This document shows, piece by piece, positions 27,736 through 37,966 of a DNA stretch of 64,000 nucleotides. Origin of the DNA: an uncultured Pseudomonadales bacterium. Its GTDB lineage: Bacteria > Patescibacteriota > Microgenomatia > UBA1400 > PJMF01. The notes beneath the pieces were generated by a model, which saw nothing but the letters and a program-made list of their open reading frames with translations, had not been told where the DNA came from and ran no database searches. A program made the translations under genes and the position numbers. The DNA lies in NCBI GenBank assembly GCA_964570365.1, contig CAZMXT010000004.1:2792-66791 (forward strand), written 5' to 3'. The number at the start of each line of letters is the position of its first letter. The stretch's first letter is position 1.

Positions 27736-29931
27736 ATGGCTGCAACACAGTCTTTGCCCAAAAAGAAAATGAAGTTTATCGAACGAAAACTCGATAACGG
27801 AATGGGAATGGCTGTAGCTAAACGAACCTACTTACGCAAAATTATTGAAAAAGGTAGTGGTGCAGAGCGTTGGGAAAGCTGGGGAGAAGTTGCAGACCGT
27901 GTTGCTAAGGGGAACTCTTTATTAATTCCTGCTGCTGAGCGCAAACATCGCCAAGATGAATTTACCTTACTCAAAAAACACATTAGTAATGGTTCAATCC
28001 TAATGTCTGGTCGTCACCTCCAACATGGTGATGAAACCCAGCCAACGCGGAATATGGAAGTTTTTACTAACTGTAGTACTGCTTCCTCCTCGTATATCCT
28101 GTTTTACTTACTGATGAATGGCTCTGGCGTAGGCCGACCCTACGATGACGACATGTGTGTGGTGAACTGGGACAACATGCCCAATGTCAGGTGTGTGATC
28201 GATGACAGCCATCCAGATTTTGTTTGGGGTTTTGATGAAAGTGTCCGTGACACAAAGCATAAGTATGGTGACGGGGAGAACATTCACTGGTTTGAAGTTC
28301 CTGACAGCCGTGAAGGTTGGGCGCAAGCAGTTGAGATGATGGAAGTGATGGCTTACGAGAAAAAATACAAAGATGACATCTTAATCTTAGATTTCTCGAA
28401 GGTGCGGGCCAAAGGCCAGCCAATCAAGGGCATGCAAGATCGTCCTTCTTCTGGACCAAAGCCATTAATGAATGCAATTGAGAAAGTGACCACTTTGAAG
28501 GGTGCCGGTCTCTCACCTTGGAAGCAGACGATGTTCGTGGACCACTACTTGGCAGAGTGTGTGCTGGTGGGGGGAGCTCGTCGTAGTGCTCGGATTGCCA
28601 CCAAAGTTTGGACCGATCCTGAAGTCTTTGACTTTATCCAAATTAAACGAGGCGGCTTTTTATGGAGCGCCAATAACTCGGTAGCTGTTGACGAAAAGTT
28701 CTGGAAGCAACGCGGGAACCATGCTCAAAAAGTTCTGGAAGCTATCATGAAGTCTTCGTATGAAGATATGACTGGTGAGCCAGGTTTTATTAACCAACAT
28801 CGCTTAGTTCAAAACGACACGGGGTATGACGGCTACCAGGATGGGAAGTATGCGGAGAGTTCTAAGTACAAGCCGCTCACTCGCACCGAGAAAATGTTAG
28901 CGCACTTAGCTCGGAATGCAGGAGCCAAAATCTACTCACAGATTCCGAACCCCTGCGGTGAAATTTCACTCAACATGTTGGGCGGGTACTGTGTGATTGC
29001 CGATGTGGTGCCATACTTTGCGCCCACAATAGACGATGCAGAAGAAGCGTTCCGCGCGGCTACCCGAGCGTTAATGCGGGTCAACACCATGGACTGTTTG
29101 TATAACCGAGAGGTGAAGCGGACCAACCGAATTGGGGTGGGCATGACTGGGATTCATGAGTTTGCCTGGAATCAATTTGGCTACAGTTTCCGTGATCTGA
29201 TCAATGAAGAAAAATCCAAAGACTTTTGGTTGACGATTGCCCGCTTTAAACGAGCCGTGCTGACCGAGAGTGAGACGTATGCCAAGAAGATGAAGATGAA
29301 TGTGCCTCATACCAATACCACCATCAAGCCATCGGGTACGATTTCTAAGCTGTTTGCCTTGACTGAAGGCGCTCATTTACCCAGTATGAGAGAGTACATT
29401 CGTTGGGTCCAGTACCGGAGTGATGATCCAATGGTCAAGAAGTACCAGAAGCAGGGCTACCCAATCAAGGAGCTGCGCAGTTACACCGGCTCCACTGCAG
29501 TTGGTTTTCCAACCCAGCCACTAATCTGCCGCATTGGCATGAATGGTGAGTTGGTCACTGCAGCTGAGGCAACTCCGGAAGAACAGTACAAGTGGTTGAT
29601 CTTGTTAGAGAAGTACTGGATTGTTGGCATCGATGAAGCAGGAAATGCCTTAGAAGATACCGGCAACCAAGTTTCCTACACCCTGAAGTACGACCCAAAG
29701 ATCGTTAAGTACGCTGAGTACAGTGAGATGGTCCGCAAGTATCAAGGACTGATTAAGTGTTGTTCAGTCATGCCACAGCAGGATGCAACGGCGTATGAGT
29801 ACCAGCCTGAGCAGCCTGTGACAATCTCTGAGTTTATGCGGGCGCTGAATGAAATTGAAAAGGATGAGACATTGCTTGAGGACATTGATTACGAGCAACT
29901 CAAGTGTGCAACAGGAGCTTGCCCAATTTAA
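27736..29931 (+). CDS. nrdJ: Class II (adenosylcobalamin-dependent) ribonucleotide reductase, monomeric-type
   Basis: FTNCS, GGARRSA, EPG, NPCGEI, TIKPSGT, C-terminal CATGACPI. AGGAGG precedes ATG 27736. No nrdB or nrdG is adjacent. Confidence 0.88.
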   Translation: MAATQSLPKKKMKFIERKLDNGMGMAVAKRTYLRKIIEKGSGAERWESWGEVADRVAKGNSLLIPAAERKHRQDEFTLLKKHISNGSILMSGRHLQHGDETQPTRNMEVFTNCSTASSSYILFYLLMNGSGVGRPYDDDMCVVNWDNMPNVRCVIDDSHPDFVWGFDESVRDTKHKYGDGENIHWFEVPDSREGWAQAVEMMEVMAYEKKYKDDILILDFSKVRAKGQPIKGMQDRPSSGPKPLMNAIEKVTTLKGAGLSPWKQTMFVDHYLAECVLVGGARRSARIATKVWTDPEVFDFIQIKRGGFLWSANNSVAVDEKFWKQRGNHAQKVLEAIMKSSYEDMTGEPGFINQHRLVQNDTGYDGYQDGKYAESSKYKPLTRTEKMLAHLARNAGAKIYSQIPNPCGEISLNMLGGYCVIADVVPYFAPTIDDAEEAFRAATRALMRVNTMDCLYNREVKRTNRIGVGMTGIHEFAWNQFGYSFRDLINEEKSKDFWLTIARFKRAVLTESETYAKKMKMNVPHTNTTIKPSGTISKLFALTEGAHLPSMREYIRWVQYRSDDPMVKKYQKQGYPIKELRSYTGSTAVGFPTQPLICRIGMNGELVTAAEATPEEQYKWLILLEKYWIVGIDEAGNALEDTGNQVSYTLKYDPKIVKYAEYSEMVRKYQGLIKCCSVMPQQDATAYEYQPEQPVTISEFMRALNEIEKDETLLEDIDYEQLKCATGACPI

Positions 29932-29952
29932 GACTTGGAATGGAGCATAACG

Positions 29953-29981
29953 AAAAACCCCGCTGCGAAGTGGGGTTTTTT
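29953..29981. terminator. Bidirectional intrinsic terminator between nrdJ and tsaD
   Basis: AAAAACCCCGCT-GCGA-AGTGGGGTTTTTT. Confidence 0.85.
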
Positions 29982-30010
29982 ATTGTCAGAATAAAAGCTG
30001 GTAACTCAGT

Positions 30011-31102
30011 TTAGTCGAGTTCCCAGCGGGGAATTCTCTCAATGGTTTGGAACTTGCTGACTTCTTCCCCACGTTGAAATTTAAAGCTAGCAACCACGCC
30101 AATCATGGCTGCATTATCAGCACACATTTTTTTGGTATATGGGACCTGGAGTTTAAGCTGGTGAGGTTTTATAGTCTGTCGAAGTGTAGCGCGCAGAGCC
30201 ATATTTGCCGCCACGCCACCACCCAACCAAACACCGAAACAAGGGGTAATTAGTAAAATTTTACTCAATTTATAGGTAATAGCTTTAAATACAGCCTTTT
30301 GAAAGCTCGCACAAAAGTCGTAAACTTGCTGGGCAGAAAGCTCTTTTTTCAGCCGCTCTGTTTCGAGTAAGTTTCGGGCCGCAGTTTTCATGCCAGAGAA
30401 GCTCAAGTTGGCATTTCCACTGGTCGTCATTGGTAAGGGAAAAGAGTACATAGTTGCATCACCGAGCTTGGCAAATTGCTCAATGACTGGTCCGGCTGGA
30501 TACCCTAAGTCCAGCATTCGCCCAACTTTATCTAAAGCTTCGCCGGCTGCGTCATCTACCGTAAATCCCAGCCGCTGATACTCACCGGGCTTCTTTACTA
30601 ACACAAACTCAGTGTGGCCACCAGAAACAATAATGGAGAGTACCGGAAGCTCTAGTTCTTCGATTTTTCGATTTACTTCTACGGCTTGTTGTCGGAGCTG
30701 CTCTTTGCTGGCTCCTACTTTTTTAGGTACTGCAAGGACTGAAAGGACGTGACCTTCAATGTGGTTCACGGGAATCAGCGGGATGCTGAGTTGAGAGGCT
30801 AAGTTTTTGGCGTGCTCAATTCCTACTTCTAGGGCAGGGGCTAGGCCGGGACCCTGGGTGACAGCAATCGCGCTCAACTCAGCCGTGGTAACCTCAGCTC
30901 GGCTCAAAGCCAGCTGTATGACTGGCTCAATATTCTCTCGATGCGCTTGCTTGGCGACAGTTGGAAAAACACCGCCATATTGTTTGTGTAGCTGGGTTTG
31001 AGAGGCGACGACGTTGGAAAGGACCACCTGACCCCAGACAACCGCGGCCGAGGTATCGTCACAGGAAGTATCGATAGCGAGTATTAAGGGAGGAGTGATC
31101 AT
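30011..31102 (-). CDS. tsaD: tRNA threonylcarbamoyltransferase TsaD
   Basis: AIDTSCDDT, HIEGH, VSGGHT, DDAAGEALDK, ADNAAMI. Confidence 0.96.
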   Translation of the reverse strand: MITPPLILAIDTSCDDTSAAVVWGQVVLSNVVASQTQLHKQYGGVFPTVAKQAHRENIEPVIQLALSRAEVTTAELSAIAVTQGPGLAPALEVGIEHAKNLASQLSIPLIPVNHIEGHVLSVLAVPKKVGASKEQLRQQAVEVNRKIEELELPVLSIIVSGGHTEFVLVKKPGEYQRLGFTVDDAAGEALDKVGRMLDLGYPAGPVIEQFAKLGDATMYSFPLPMTTSGNANLSFSGMKTAARNLLETERLKKELSAQQVYDFCASFQKAVFKAITYKLSKILLITPCFGVWLGGGVAANMALRATLRQTIKPHQLKLQVPYTKKMCADNAAMIGVVASFKFQRGEEVSKFQTIERIPRWELD

Positions 31103-32211
31103 CCAGCTGAAGCCTCGGGTTCTTGAATCAGCAGCTGTCGCTGAGCGAGCTGATGGGAGATAGCAGAAAAGCCGACCTGAATATATGGCAACTGATGCTC
31201 AGCCAGTGTTTCTTCTAGATACTCCCGAATATTACTCGCCCACTCAATAATGACGAGATGCCCGGGCTTAAAAAAACTCGCAAGCTCTAGACGCGTGGCT
31301 TCTGCCGTACTATCAACTTTCCAGACATCTGAGTGAATCAGCTTGCCAGAGATTCCATGCCTGGTGAAAGCATATTCCTGAACATAGCTATACGTGGGAG
31401 AAGTAATCACCTCAGGAATTTGAAGAAACTCGGCAACACCTTTGACAAAGATGGTCTTGCCCATCCCCAGTGAGCCATTCAGGCCAATCACCAAGCCCGT
31501 ATCCTTGATAGCTGACCAATACTTTAAAGCTAAACGCTGAGCAATGCCTTTGGTTTCCGCTTCATCCCCAGAATGGAGCTTAGTCTGTACTTGATTTTGC
31601 ACCAGCTCTAGCTTTCCTTGGCGAAAGACAACCGGCGTAGAAAGCGTAGTGTCGATGACAGTCGAAGGCGGGTTAGGTGGGAGTTGGCCAGCGTCTAGAA
31701 CCAGGCCAATCAATTTTTTTTGCTTCTCTGAGAGTTGGCTAAGTAAATCTGAGATGCTGTACGGCCGTTTTCCTCCGGAAGCATTGGCGGAAGTGGCGGT
31801 GATAGGGCGGCCGAGTCTATTCACAATTTCTAGGATTAAGGGATAATCCGGAATCCTGATACCTAAAGTCCCAAACTCAGACTCTACGCCTGGCGCAACT
31901 TTACCTAATGAACGGGATATTACCGTCACTGGACCAGGTAGAAAACGTTGATAAATTCGGTGGGCAGAGTCATTGACTTCCACATACTGGGAAGCCATCC
32001 TGGCATCGGCGACGGCAATCGATAAAGGCTTACCTTCTCGGCGTGTTTTATAGGCTAACAGCGTATCTACTGCATGCTGATTCAATGCATCAACACCAGC
32101 TCCATACGTTGTTTCGGTGGGGAAAATAACTAAGTTACCAGTCGCTAAACTTTCGACTGCTTCTTCAACGGCTTTTTCTTGAGAAATTTGGTGCAGATCC
32201 AGAACTCGCAT
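31099..32211 (-). CDS. TsaC (YrdC/Sua5)-TsaE fusion protein
   Basis: N-half FPTETTYG, KTRREGKPL, PGPVT, GIRIPD, TATSAN, PSTVID; C-half GSLGMGKT, SPTY, HSDVW, IIEWA. Start taken at ATG 32211. Confidence 0.9.
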   Translation of the reverse strand: MRVLDLHQISQEKAVEEAVESLATGNLVIFPTETTYGAGVDALNQHAVDTLLAYKTRREGKPLSIAVADARMASQYVEVNDSAHRIYQRFLPGPVTVISRSLGKVAPGVESEFGTLGIRIPDYPLILEIVNRLGRPITATSANASGGKRPYSISDLLSQLSEKQKKLIGLVLDAGQLPPNPPSTVIDTTLSTPVVFRQGKLELVQNQVQTKLHSGDEAETKGIAQRLALKYWSAIKDTGLVIGLNGSLGMGKTIFVKGVAEFLQIPEVITSPTYSYVQEYAFTRHGISGKLIHSDVWKVDSTAEATRLELASFFKPGHLVIIEWASNIREYLEETLAEHQLPYIQVGFSAISHQLAQRQLLIQEPEASAG

Positions 32212-32256
32212 GGGCAAGCCTGGAGTATACACCAGGCAGGGGGGAAATGATATATA

Positions 32257-32610
32257 ATGGAAAAGATGCAACTCTTGCCCCTCTCCTTTTATAGCGATTT
32301 TCCAGCACATGTTCCCTTAAAAGTGAGTCTTTTTGCGCGCATTTATGAGTTGCAAGGACTAATTACTCACTTAGATCAAGTTCTTCAGCTCAGCGCGAGT
32401 AAGCAACAGGCCTGGATAAAAGAGCATGAGACAACCGTTAAAGAAGTTATGCAGACGTTGGCTCGACAATTTAACTTGGAAATAGGCAGGAATGATCTGG
32501 ATCAAGACTTGGTTCGGCTACTCACAGAGTATAGTCGATATCTGCAAGAGCTCGGCACAATTTTACAAACCCTCTTTAACTCGAAAGCATCAAAAAACCT
32601 ACACAGCTAG
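32257..32610 (+). CDS. Hypothetical helical protein
   Basis: 117-aa ORF divergent from tsaC-E and 18 bp before yidC. Confidence 0.55.
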   Translation: MEKMQLLPLSFYSDFPAHVPLKVSLFARIYELQGLITHLDQVLQLSASKQQAWIKEHETTVKEVMQTLARQFNLEIGRNDLDQDLVRLLTEYSRYLQELGTILQTLFNSKASKNLHS

Positions 32611-32628
32611 CGCCGGATTTTTATTAAT

Positions 32629-33423
32629 ATGATTGGTTCTTTATTTATTCTGATCATCTATCAACCATTTCTCAACATCCTGGTTTTTTTCTACTGGATC
32701 CTCGAGTTTATCACTCGTGGAAATGCGGATATGGGTGTGGCCGTGATCTTGCTGACGATCCTGATCCGAGTACTACTACTGCCCATTTCTTTAATGGAAG
32801 ATAAAAGTGAAAAAGATCGTCGCAAGATTGTCGCCCAGATGGGCGAGCTTGACCGTACCCTGCGTCACGACCCAATGATGCAGCGTCAAGAAGTCAAGAA
32901 GTTGTTCCACCGCAACAGAGGAGTAGTCATTGCAGAGTTATTTTCTTTAGGTGTTCAGGTAGCTATCTCCCTGATGTTATGGAGAATGTTTGAAACTGGG
33001 CTATCTGGGGAAGATCTTCACCTGATTTATTCCTTCATGCCGTCTGTGGAAACACCATTTAACTTAGTTTTCTTGGGCCGATTCGATCTTACTCATACTA
33101 GCCTCTCAATAAATTTGATTCAGTCACTAATGATTTTTATAGTAGAAACATTTGCTATTTTGACCTCACCATATCCTCCAATGAAGGGAGAAGTTGTGCG
33201 GATGCAGTTGCTGTTACCAGTCTTGTCTTTTATTATCTTTTTACGTTTTCCAGCCGGAAAGAAAATTTTTGTGATTACGGCGTTAATGTTTAGTCTGATC
33301 GTCTTAATTTATAAGTATATTCGACGAAAAATTAGTGCCTATGTGCTGGAAGTAGCCGAGAAAGAGCTGCGCGAGCAAATGGGTGAGCAAGAGCCAGAAA
33401 AAATCGTCGTGGAGACAAAATAA
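32629..33423 (+). CDS. yidC: YidC/Oxa1-family membrane insertase (short form)
   Basis: GVAVILLTILIRVLLLP, coiled hairpin, FLGRFDLT and further TMs. Confidence 0.75.
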   Translation: MIGSLFILIIYQPFLNILVFFYWILEFITRGNADMGVAVILLTILIRVLLLPISLMEDKSEKDRRKIVAQMGELDRTLRHDPMMQRQEVKKLFHRNRGVVIAELFSLGVQVAISLMLWRMFETGLSGEDLHLIYSFMPSVETPFNLVFLGRFDLTHTSLSINLIQSLMIFIVETFAILTSPYPPMKGEVVRMQLLLPVLSFIIFLRFPAGKKIFVITALMFSLIVLIYKYIRRKISAYVLEVAEKELREQMGEQEPEKIVVETK

Positions 33424-33471
33424 GCAGCCTAGCGTACAATATAGCCTGTAGATTTTTCAGATTTTAAACAT

Positions 33472-34125
33472 ATGGAACTCGATCGTTTAGTTGTTTCGTT
33501 CATGGTAGACGAGGTGGTCGGAGGATTTTTTATCTCTGTTCCCCCTGGTCATGTCGCCTGTGTCTATGACAGAGGTCGTGGTGTTTTACCCAGAGTCTGG
33601 GGACCTGGTCTTCACCTCAAGATTCCTTTTTGGCAAGTCGCCAAGCTATTTAATGCGCAAATTCTTGAGTACTCAATCCTCCGAGACTTTGACCACTCGG
33701 CTAACCGAGAAGCTCTGGGTGATCAACCTATTGTGACCACCACCCAAGATGGGAAAGATATCTCAATTGAAGGCTCTATCCTATTTCGAATTGACCGACA
33801 TAATGCGCCAGAATTATGGGAGAACCTGGGGGAGAACGTTGTCTCCAAAGTAGTTCGGCCATTTTCCCGCAGTCGCTTGTCAGCAGTATTTTCTAAGCTA
33901 AGCCTGAATCAAATTAAACATAATCGCAGTGAAGTCGAGACGATGATTAAAGATGATCTGAATCATCACTTTGAAGATCGCGGCTTAGTGTGCGAAGGTT
34001 TCTTGCTGTCAGAAGTAAAGTACATTGCTTCTCCTGGAAAAGAAGAGACGATTCTCAAAGAAGATACCACAATTGTTAGTCAACACGCCCTCAATAGCAT
34101 ACCCACTTTACCTGAAACTCGATAG
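33472..34125 (+). CDS. SPFH/prohibitin-domain protein
   Basis: VPPGH, PGLHLKIPFWQ, TTQDGKDISIE. Confidence 0.8.
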   Translation: MELDRLVVSFMVDEVVGGFFISVPPGHVACVYDRGRGVLPRVWGPGLHLKIPFWQVAKLFNAQILEYSILRDFDHSANREALGDQPIVTTTQDGKDISIEGSILFRIDRHNAPELWENLGENVVSKVVRPFSRSRLSAVFSKLSLNQIKHNRSEVETMIKDDLNHHFEDRGLVCEGFLLSEVKYIASPGKEETILKEDTTIVSQHALNSIPTLPETR

Positions 34126-34163
34126 TTGACATCATTTTAGCAGTCGGATATATTTGCTGCTAG
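34126..34163 (+). promoter_or_regulatory. groESL sigma-70 promoter with overlapping CIRCE-like operator
   Basis: TTGACA (34126-34131), 17 bp, TATATT (34149-34154); TTAGCAGTC-N9-TGCTGCTAG at 34137-34163. Confidence 0.75.
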
Positions 34164-34224
34164 CAATCAACGCTGCGAGGAATCTCTTCGCCAGCAACAA
34201 TTTATCTCTACAAAGGAGGATATT

Positions 34225-34530
34225 ATGGTAGGAAGCATCTCGGTTTCCCAACTCCATCCGATGGCTGGTTATGTTCTGGTTGAGCCAGCACAAACCCAAA
34301 CGAAAACCTCATCGGGCATTTACTTGCCTGAGAGTAGTAGCGAAAAGCCACAGCACGGCACAGTTCTAGCAGTTGGTGCTGACGCTCTCATTGATGGTGC
34401 GAAAGTCACTGCCCCAGTCAAAAAAGGTGAGAGTGTCCTCTATAAAAAGTGGGGTGGTAATGACGTCAAGATCGGTGATGTAGAGTACCAGTTTTTGAAG
34501 TTTGAAGATATTTTAGCAACCGTAAAGTAA
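34225..34530 (+). CDS. groES: Co-chaperonin GroES
   Basis: KTSSGIYLP, EKPQHGTVLAVG, KKWGG; AAAGGAGG RBS. Confidence 0.97.
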   Translation: MVGSISVSQLHPMAGYVLVEPAQTQTKTSSGIYLPESSSEKPQHGTVLAVGADALIDGAKVTAPVKKGESVLYKKWGGNDVKIGDVEYQFLKFEDILATVK

Positions 34531-34591
34531 TTTTAGGCCCAGTATATATCTGGGAAATTTTATTACGCAATATAATTATTAAGGAGGATTC

Positions 34592-36226
34592 ATGGCAGCA
34601 AAACAACTCGCATTTGGCGATAGTGCTCGACAAAAAATGTTGATTGGTATTAATAAGTTGGCTTCAGCAGTCACTATTACGTTGGGACCAAAAGGTCGCA
34701 ACGTGGCGATTGATAAATCTTGGGGCGCGCCAACCGTGCTTCATGATGGTGTCTCAGTAGCCAAAGAAATTAAGTTAGAAGATCCCTTTGAAAACATGGG
34801 AGCTCAGTTAGTCAAAGAGGCTGCCTCCAAGACCAATGATGCCGCAGGTGACGGTACAACCACTGCTACTTTATTAGCTCAACAAATTGCGATTAAAGGT
34901 ATGAAGTATGTGACTGCTGGTACTAACCCAATGATGATGAAGCTGGGAATTGATCGCGCAGTCGATGCGGTCGTTACTGAGATTCGTCGCTTGGCAAAGC
35001 CAGTGACTGAGAGTGACTGGGAAAAAGTAGCTACGATTTCAGCACAGAATCCAATCATCGGTAAAAAAGTGGCTCAAGCTTTGAAGTTAGTAGGTAAAGA
35101 TGGCGTGGTCGAAGTCGAAGAAGGCAAGACCATGGAAATTACTATTGATCACCGCGAGGGTATGGAGCTGGAGAAAGGGTATGCCTCTCCTTACTTCGTC
35201 ACTCACTCCGATGATATGGAAGCCGTCATTGAGAACCCGTACATTTTAGTTACAGATCAAAAAATTGCTTCAATTCAGGACTTACTTCCTCTCTTAGAGA
35301 AGTTAATGCCAATCAGTAAAAACTTTGTGATTATTGCTGAAGATGTCGAAGGTGAAGCCTTAACCACCTTGGTGGTGAATAAGTTGCGCGGTGCCTTTAA
35401 TGTTTTGGCTGTTAAGGCTCCTGGCTTTGGTGACCGACGAAAAGCCATGCTGCAGGACATTGCTGTCTTGACTGGGGCTCAGTTTATCTCTGCCGAAACT
35501 GGTCGAGACCTCAAGACTGTTGAAGTCGAGGACTTGGGCCGAGCTGACTCTGTTCGCTCATCTAAGGACACGACTCGCATAGTGGGTGGTAAAGGCAAAG
35601 CCAATGATATCGCTGCTCGAGTAGCTCAGATTGAGTCAGAGATTGATAAATCGACCTCTAGCTTTGATACTGAGAAGCTGCAAGAGCGCAAAGCCAAGTT
35701 GGCCGGTGGCGTTGCTGTCATCCAGGTTGGGGCGGCAACCGAAGTGGAGATGAAAGACCTTCAGGAGCGGGTCAAGGATGCTAAAGAAGCAACCAAGGCC
35801 GCAATCGAAGAGGGTATCATCCCAGGCGGTGGCGTGACCTTGCTCTTAGCTGGAAAAGTTTTGGCGAAGATCAAAGGCAACACTGATGATGAGCAGGTCG
35901 GTATTGATCTGATTAAGTCAGTCTTAGAAGAGCCACTGCGCATGTTGGCCCGCAACTCAGGAGTTGATGATGGTTGGGTTGTGCGAATGGTTGCTGACAA
36001 GAACGATGGTCAGTATGGCTTTAACGCCATGACCAACGAGTTTGGAGATATGGTCAAAGCCGGTATTATTGAGCCGGCTAAGGTGCCAATCTCAGCCCTG
36101 CTCTATGCCTCTTCAACGGCTTCGATGATCTTAACAACTGAATGTTTGATCACAGATCTGCCAGAGAAGGATAAAGCTCCCGCAATGGGAGGCGGCATGG
36201 ATGGGGGTATGGGTGGAATGATGTAG
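34592..36226 (+). CDS. groEL: Chaperonin GroEL
   Basis: TLGPKGRN, AGDGTTTAT, KAPGFGDRRK, GGM tail. Confidence 0.99.
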   Translation: MAAKQLAFGDSARQKMLIGINKLASAVTITLGPKGRNVAIDKSWGAPTVLHDGVSVAKEIKLEDPFENMGAQLVKEAASKTNDAAGDGTTTATLLAQQIAIKGMKYVTAGTNPMMMKLGIDRAVDAVVTEIRRLAKPVTESDWEKVATISAQNPIIGKKVAQALKLVGKDGVVEVEEGKTMEITIDHREGMELEKGYASPYFVTHSDDMEAVIENPYILVTDQKIASIQDLLPLLEKLMPISKNFVIIAEDVEGEALTTLVVNKLRGAFNVLAVKAPGFGDRRKAMLQDIAVLTGAQFISAETGRDLKTVEVEDLGRADSVRSSKDTTRIVGGKGKANDIAARVAQIESEIDKSTSSFDTEKLQERKAKLAGGVAVIQVGAATEVEMKDLQERVKDAKEATKAAIEEGIIPGGGVTLLLAGKVLAKIKGNTDDEQVGIDLIKSVLEEPLRMLARNSGVDDGWVVRMVADKNDGQYGFNAMTNEFGDMVKAGIIEPAKVPISALLYASSTASMILTTECLITDLPEKDKAPAMGGGMDGGMGGMM

Positions 36227-36244
36227 ATTTGGCTTGTATAAAAC

Positions 36245-36324
36245 TGAATTTCCCCGAGGCTCTGCCGAGGGGAAATTCATTAGGGAAAAGACCTTGTGGC
36301 TTCAAAAGCGCAGGGTCTTTTTTT
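36245..36324. terminator. Two tandem hairpins after groEL; the second has a U-tract
   Basis: TGAATTTCCCC...GGGGAAATTCA (36245-36279) and AAAAGACCTTG...CAGGGTCTTTTTTT (36286-36324). Confidence 0.7.
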
Positions 36325-36331
36325 ATGGTGA

Positions 36332-37966
36332 TTATCGGGAAGTGCGGTCGTGAGTATGAGTTTGAAAGGTACTGTACCTTCGCTCATCTAAAATTGGACC
36401 AGCTGCTTCGACTTGTTTAGTCGCAAAGTCTTTATAAAGATCTTGAGAAATACCTTCTAGTGGCTCAAAAATTGAAAAATGAAGTAGGTCTGGACTCTCA
36501 ACAATTGTCAACATGCTTGGACCAAAAGAACCAGATTGAGATGAGCCATAGAAGTTGGGGGTATAGCCGTACTTTGATTTACCATACCAATTATATAAGT
36601 ATGCCCAAGTCGTGTTGTAGCCATAGGGAACTGTCAGGGTGGAAATGGAGAATGGTTGTCCAGCTGCTTTTTGGTAAGTGTCGTCTAGTAAATCTAACTG
36701 GTGCTTGAGCAGACCTCTGCTCTGAATAGATGCTATGTGAAAGGATTCTTGTTTGGCATAGATGAGCTGACTAATATTTGCCGAGAGGAATCCAATAACA
36801 AGGATGACTGCAAAGACTTTCCCAACTCTATCTTTACTGGCCTGCACAATGAGCACTGCGAGCAAGATGTAGAGCACAAAAGATAGTCCAATTAAGCTGT
36901 GGTAGTTGTTCCGAAACAGAAAGCTCAAAAGTAGCAGTGGAGCAAAAAACCATAGACTTAGAAAGTATCTCACTGGCTGCGAAGAAGTTTTTTTAACTGT
37001 CCAAACGATCACCCCGAAAAGTAATAAAGAAAATAATCCAAGCTGGGGAAAGTAGACCATATTAATGTGGCGAGCATAAATATGGAAAGTTTGAGAGAGT
37101 TGTTCGATTAAGCCGGTAGTACCACTTTTACTCAGAGTGCCAATAAACTCTAATGGTCGGAGCACTCCATTTCTCAACAGCAGTAAGTGGTTGAGTACTA
37201 GCGTGCTAACGGTAGCAAGATACACGACTGCACTGAGAATTAAAGTCCGTAGCGGAAAAGTGAAGCGCTGCGTAGTATTTCTCCGACTAGCTATCCAGTA
37301 CCCAAGCAGAATAATTAACCATAAGTAGCCGCTAAAAATAACTGCTTGATTCGTCAAGCCTAAGAAAAGCATTAACCAGGGCAGCTCCTGAGTTCTGTTC
37401 TGAAAAAAGATTCGCCAGAAAAACCAGTAAAAAAATGGCAAGGTCATCATCACCATCACTGGATTTGATAGCCAGGTGCCGGTTTGACTGGCTTCAAAAG
37501 AAAATGCATACAGGCCAGCCGCCAAAATTCCCGCCCACCGATTTTGAGTTAAGTTCTTGGTTAGGTAGAAAAGCGGAACAACGGCGATGGAGCTCAAAAG
37601 GGCAAAGAAGTAGCTAACTAGCTGTGGGTTGCCCCGGGCTACGGCATATACTGGTGCAATTAGATAATAATACAGCGCCCCATGATAGATCATGTCATTC
37701 GTTCCAGAAGCTGAAGGTCCCTGAATTTTTAAATCACGCTGCGTTATCATTTCTTGAACAATAGTTGCATCTCTGGCTTGGTCAAATAAAAAGTAAATTG
37801 TGTTGTCAGAAACAGTCAAGAAACGAAAAATGACTGCAAAAAGGAAGATCGCGAAGATCAATAGTTTTTCTCGCTGGGCTACAAATGACTGAAAACTGCT
37901 ACGCTCCGAGGCAGCTTGGGGGAGGTCTACTTGAGTTTGTAGTATTCGAGTTAGTTTTTTCGCCAT
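36332..37966 (-). CDS. GT-C fold glycosyltransferase (PMT/ArnT-like)
   Basis: FDQARD, GP...YHGALYYY, many TMs. Confidence 0.8.
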   Translation of the reverse strand: MAKKLTRILQTQVDLPQAASERSSFQSFVAQREKLLIFAIFLFAVIFRFLTVSDNTIYFLFDQARDATIVQEMITQRDLKIQGPSASGTNDMIYHGALYYYLIAPVYAVARGNPQLVSYFFALLSSIAVVPLFYLTKNLTQNRWAGILAAGLYAFSFEASQTGTWLSNPVMVMMTLPFFYWFFWRIFFQNRTQELPWLMLFLGLTNQAVIFSGYLWLIILLGYWIASRRNTTQRFTFPLRTLILSAVVYLATVSTLVLNHLLLLRNGVLRPLEFIGTLSKSGTTGLIEQLSQTFHIYARHINMVYFPQLGLFSLLLFGVIVWTVKKTSSQPVRYFLSLWFFAPLLLLSFLFRNNYHSLIGLSFVLYILLAVLIVQASKDRVGKVFAVILVIGFLSANISQLIYAKQESFHIASIQSRGLLKHQLDLLDDTYQKAAGQPFSISTLTVPYGYNTTWAYLYNWYGKSKYGYTPNFYGSSQSGSFGPSMLTIVESPDLLHFSIFEPLEGISQDLYKDFATKQVEAAGPILDERRYSTFQTHTHDRTSR

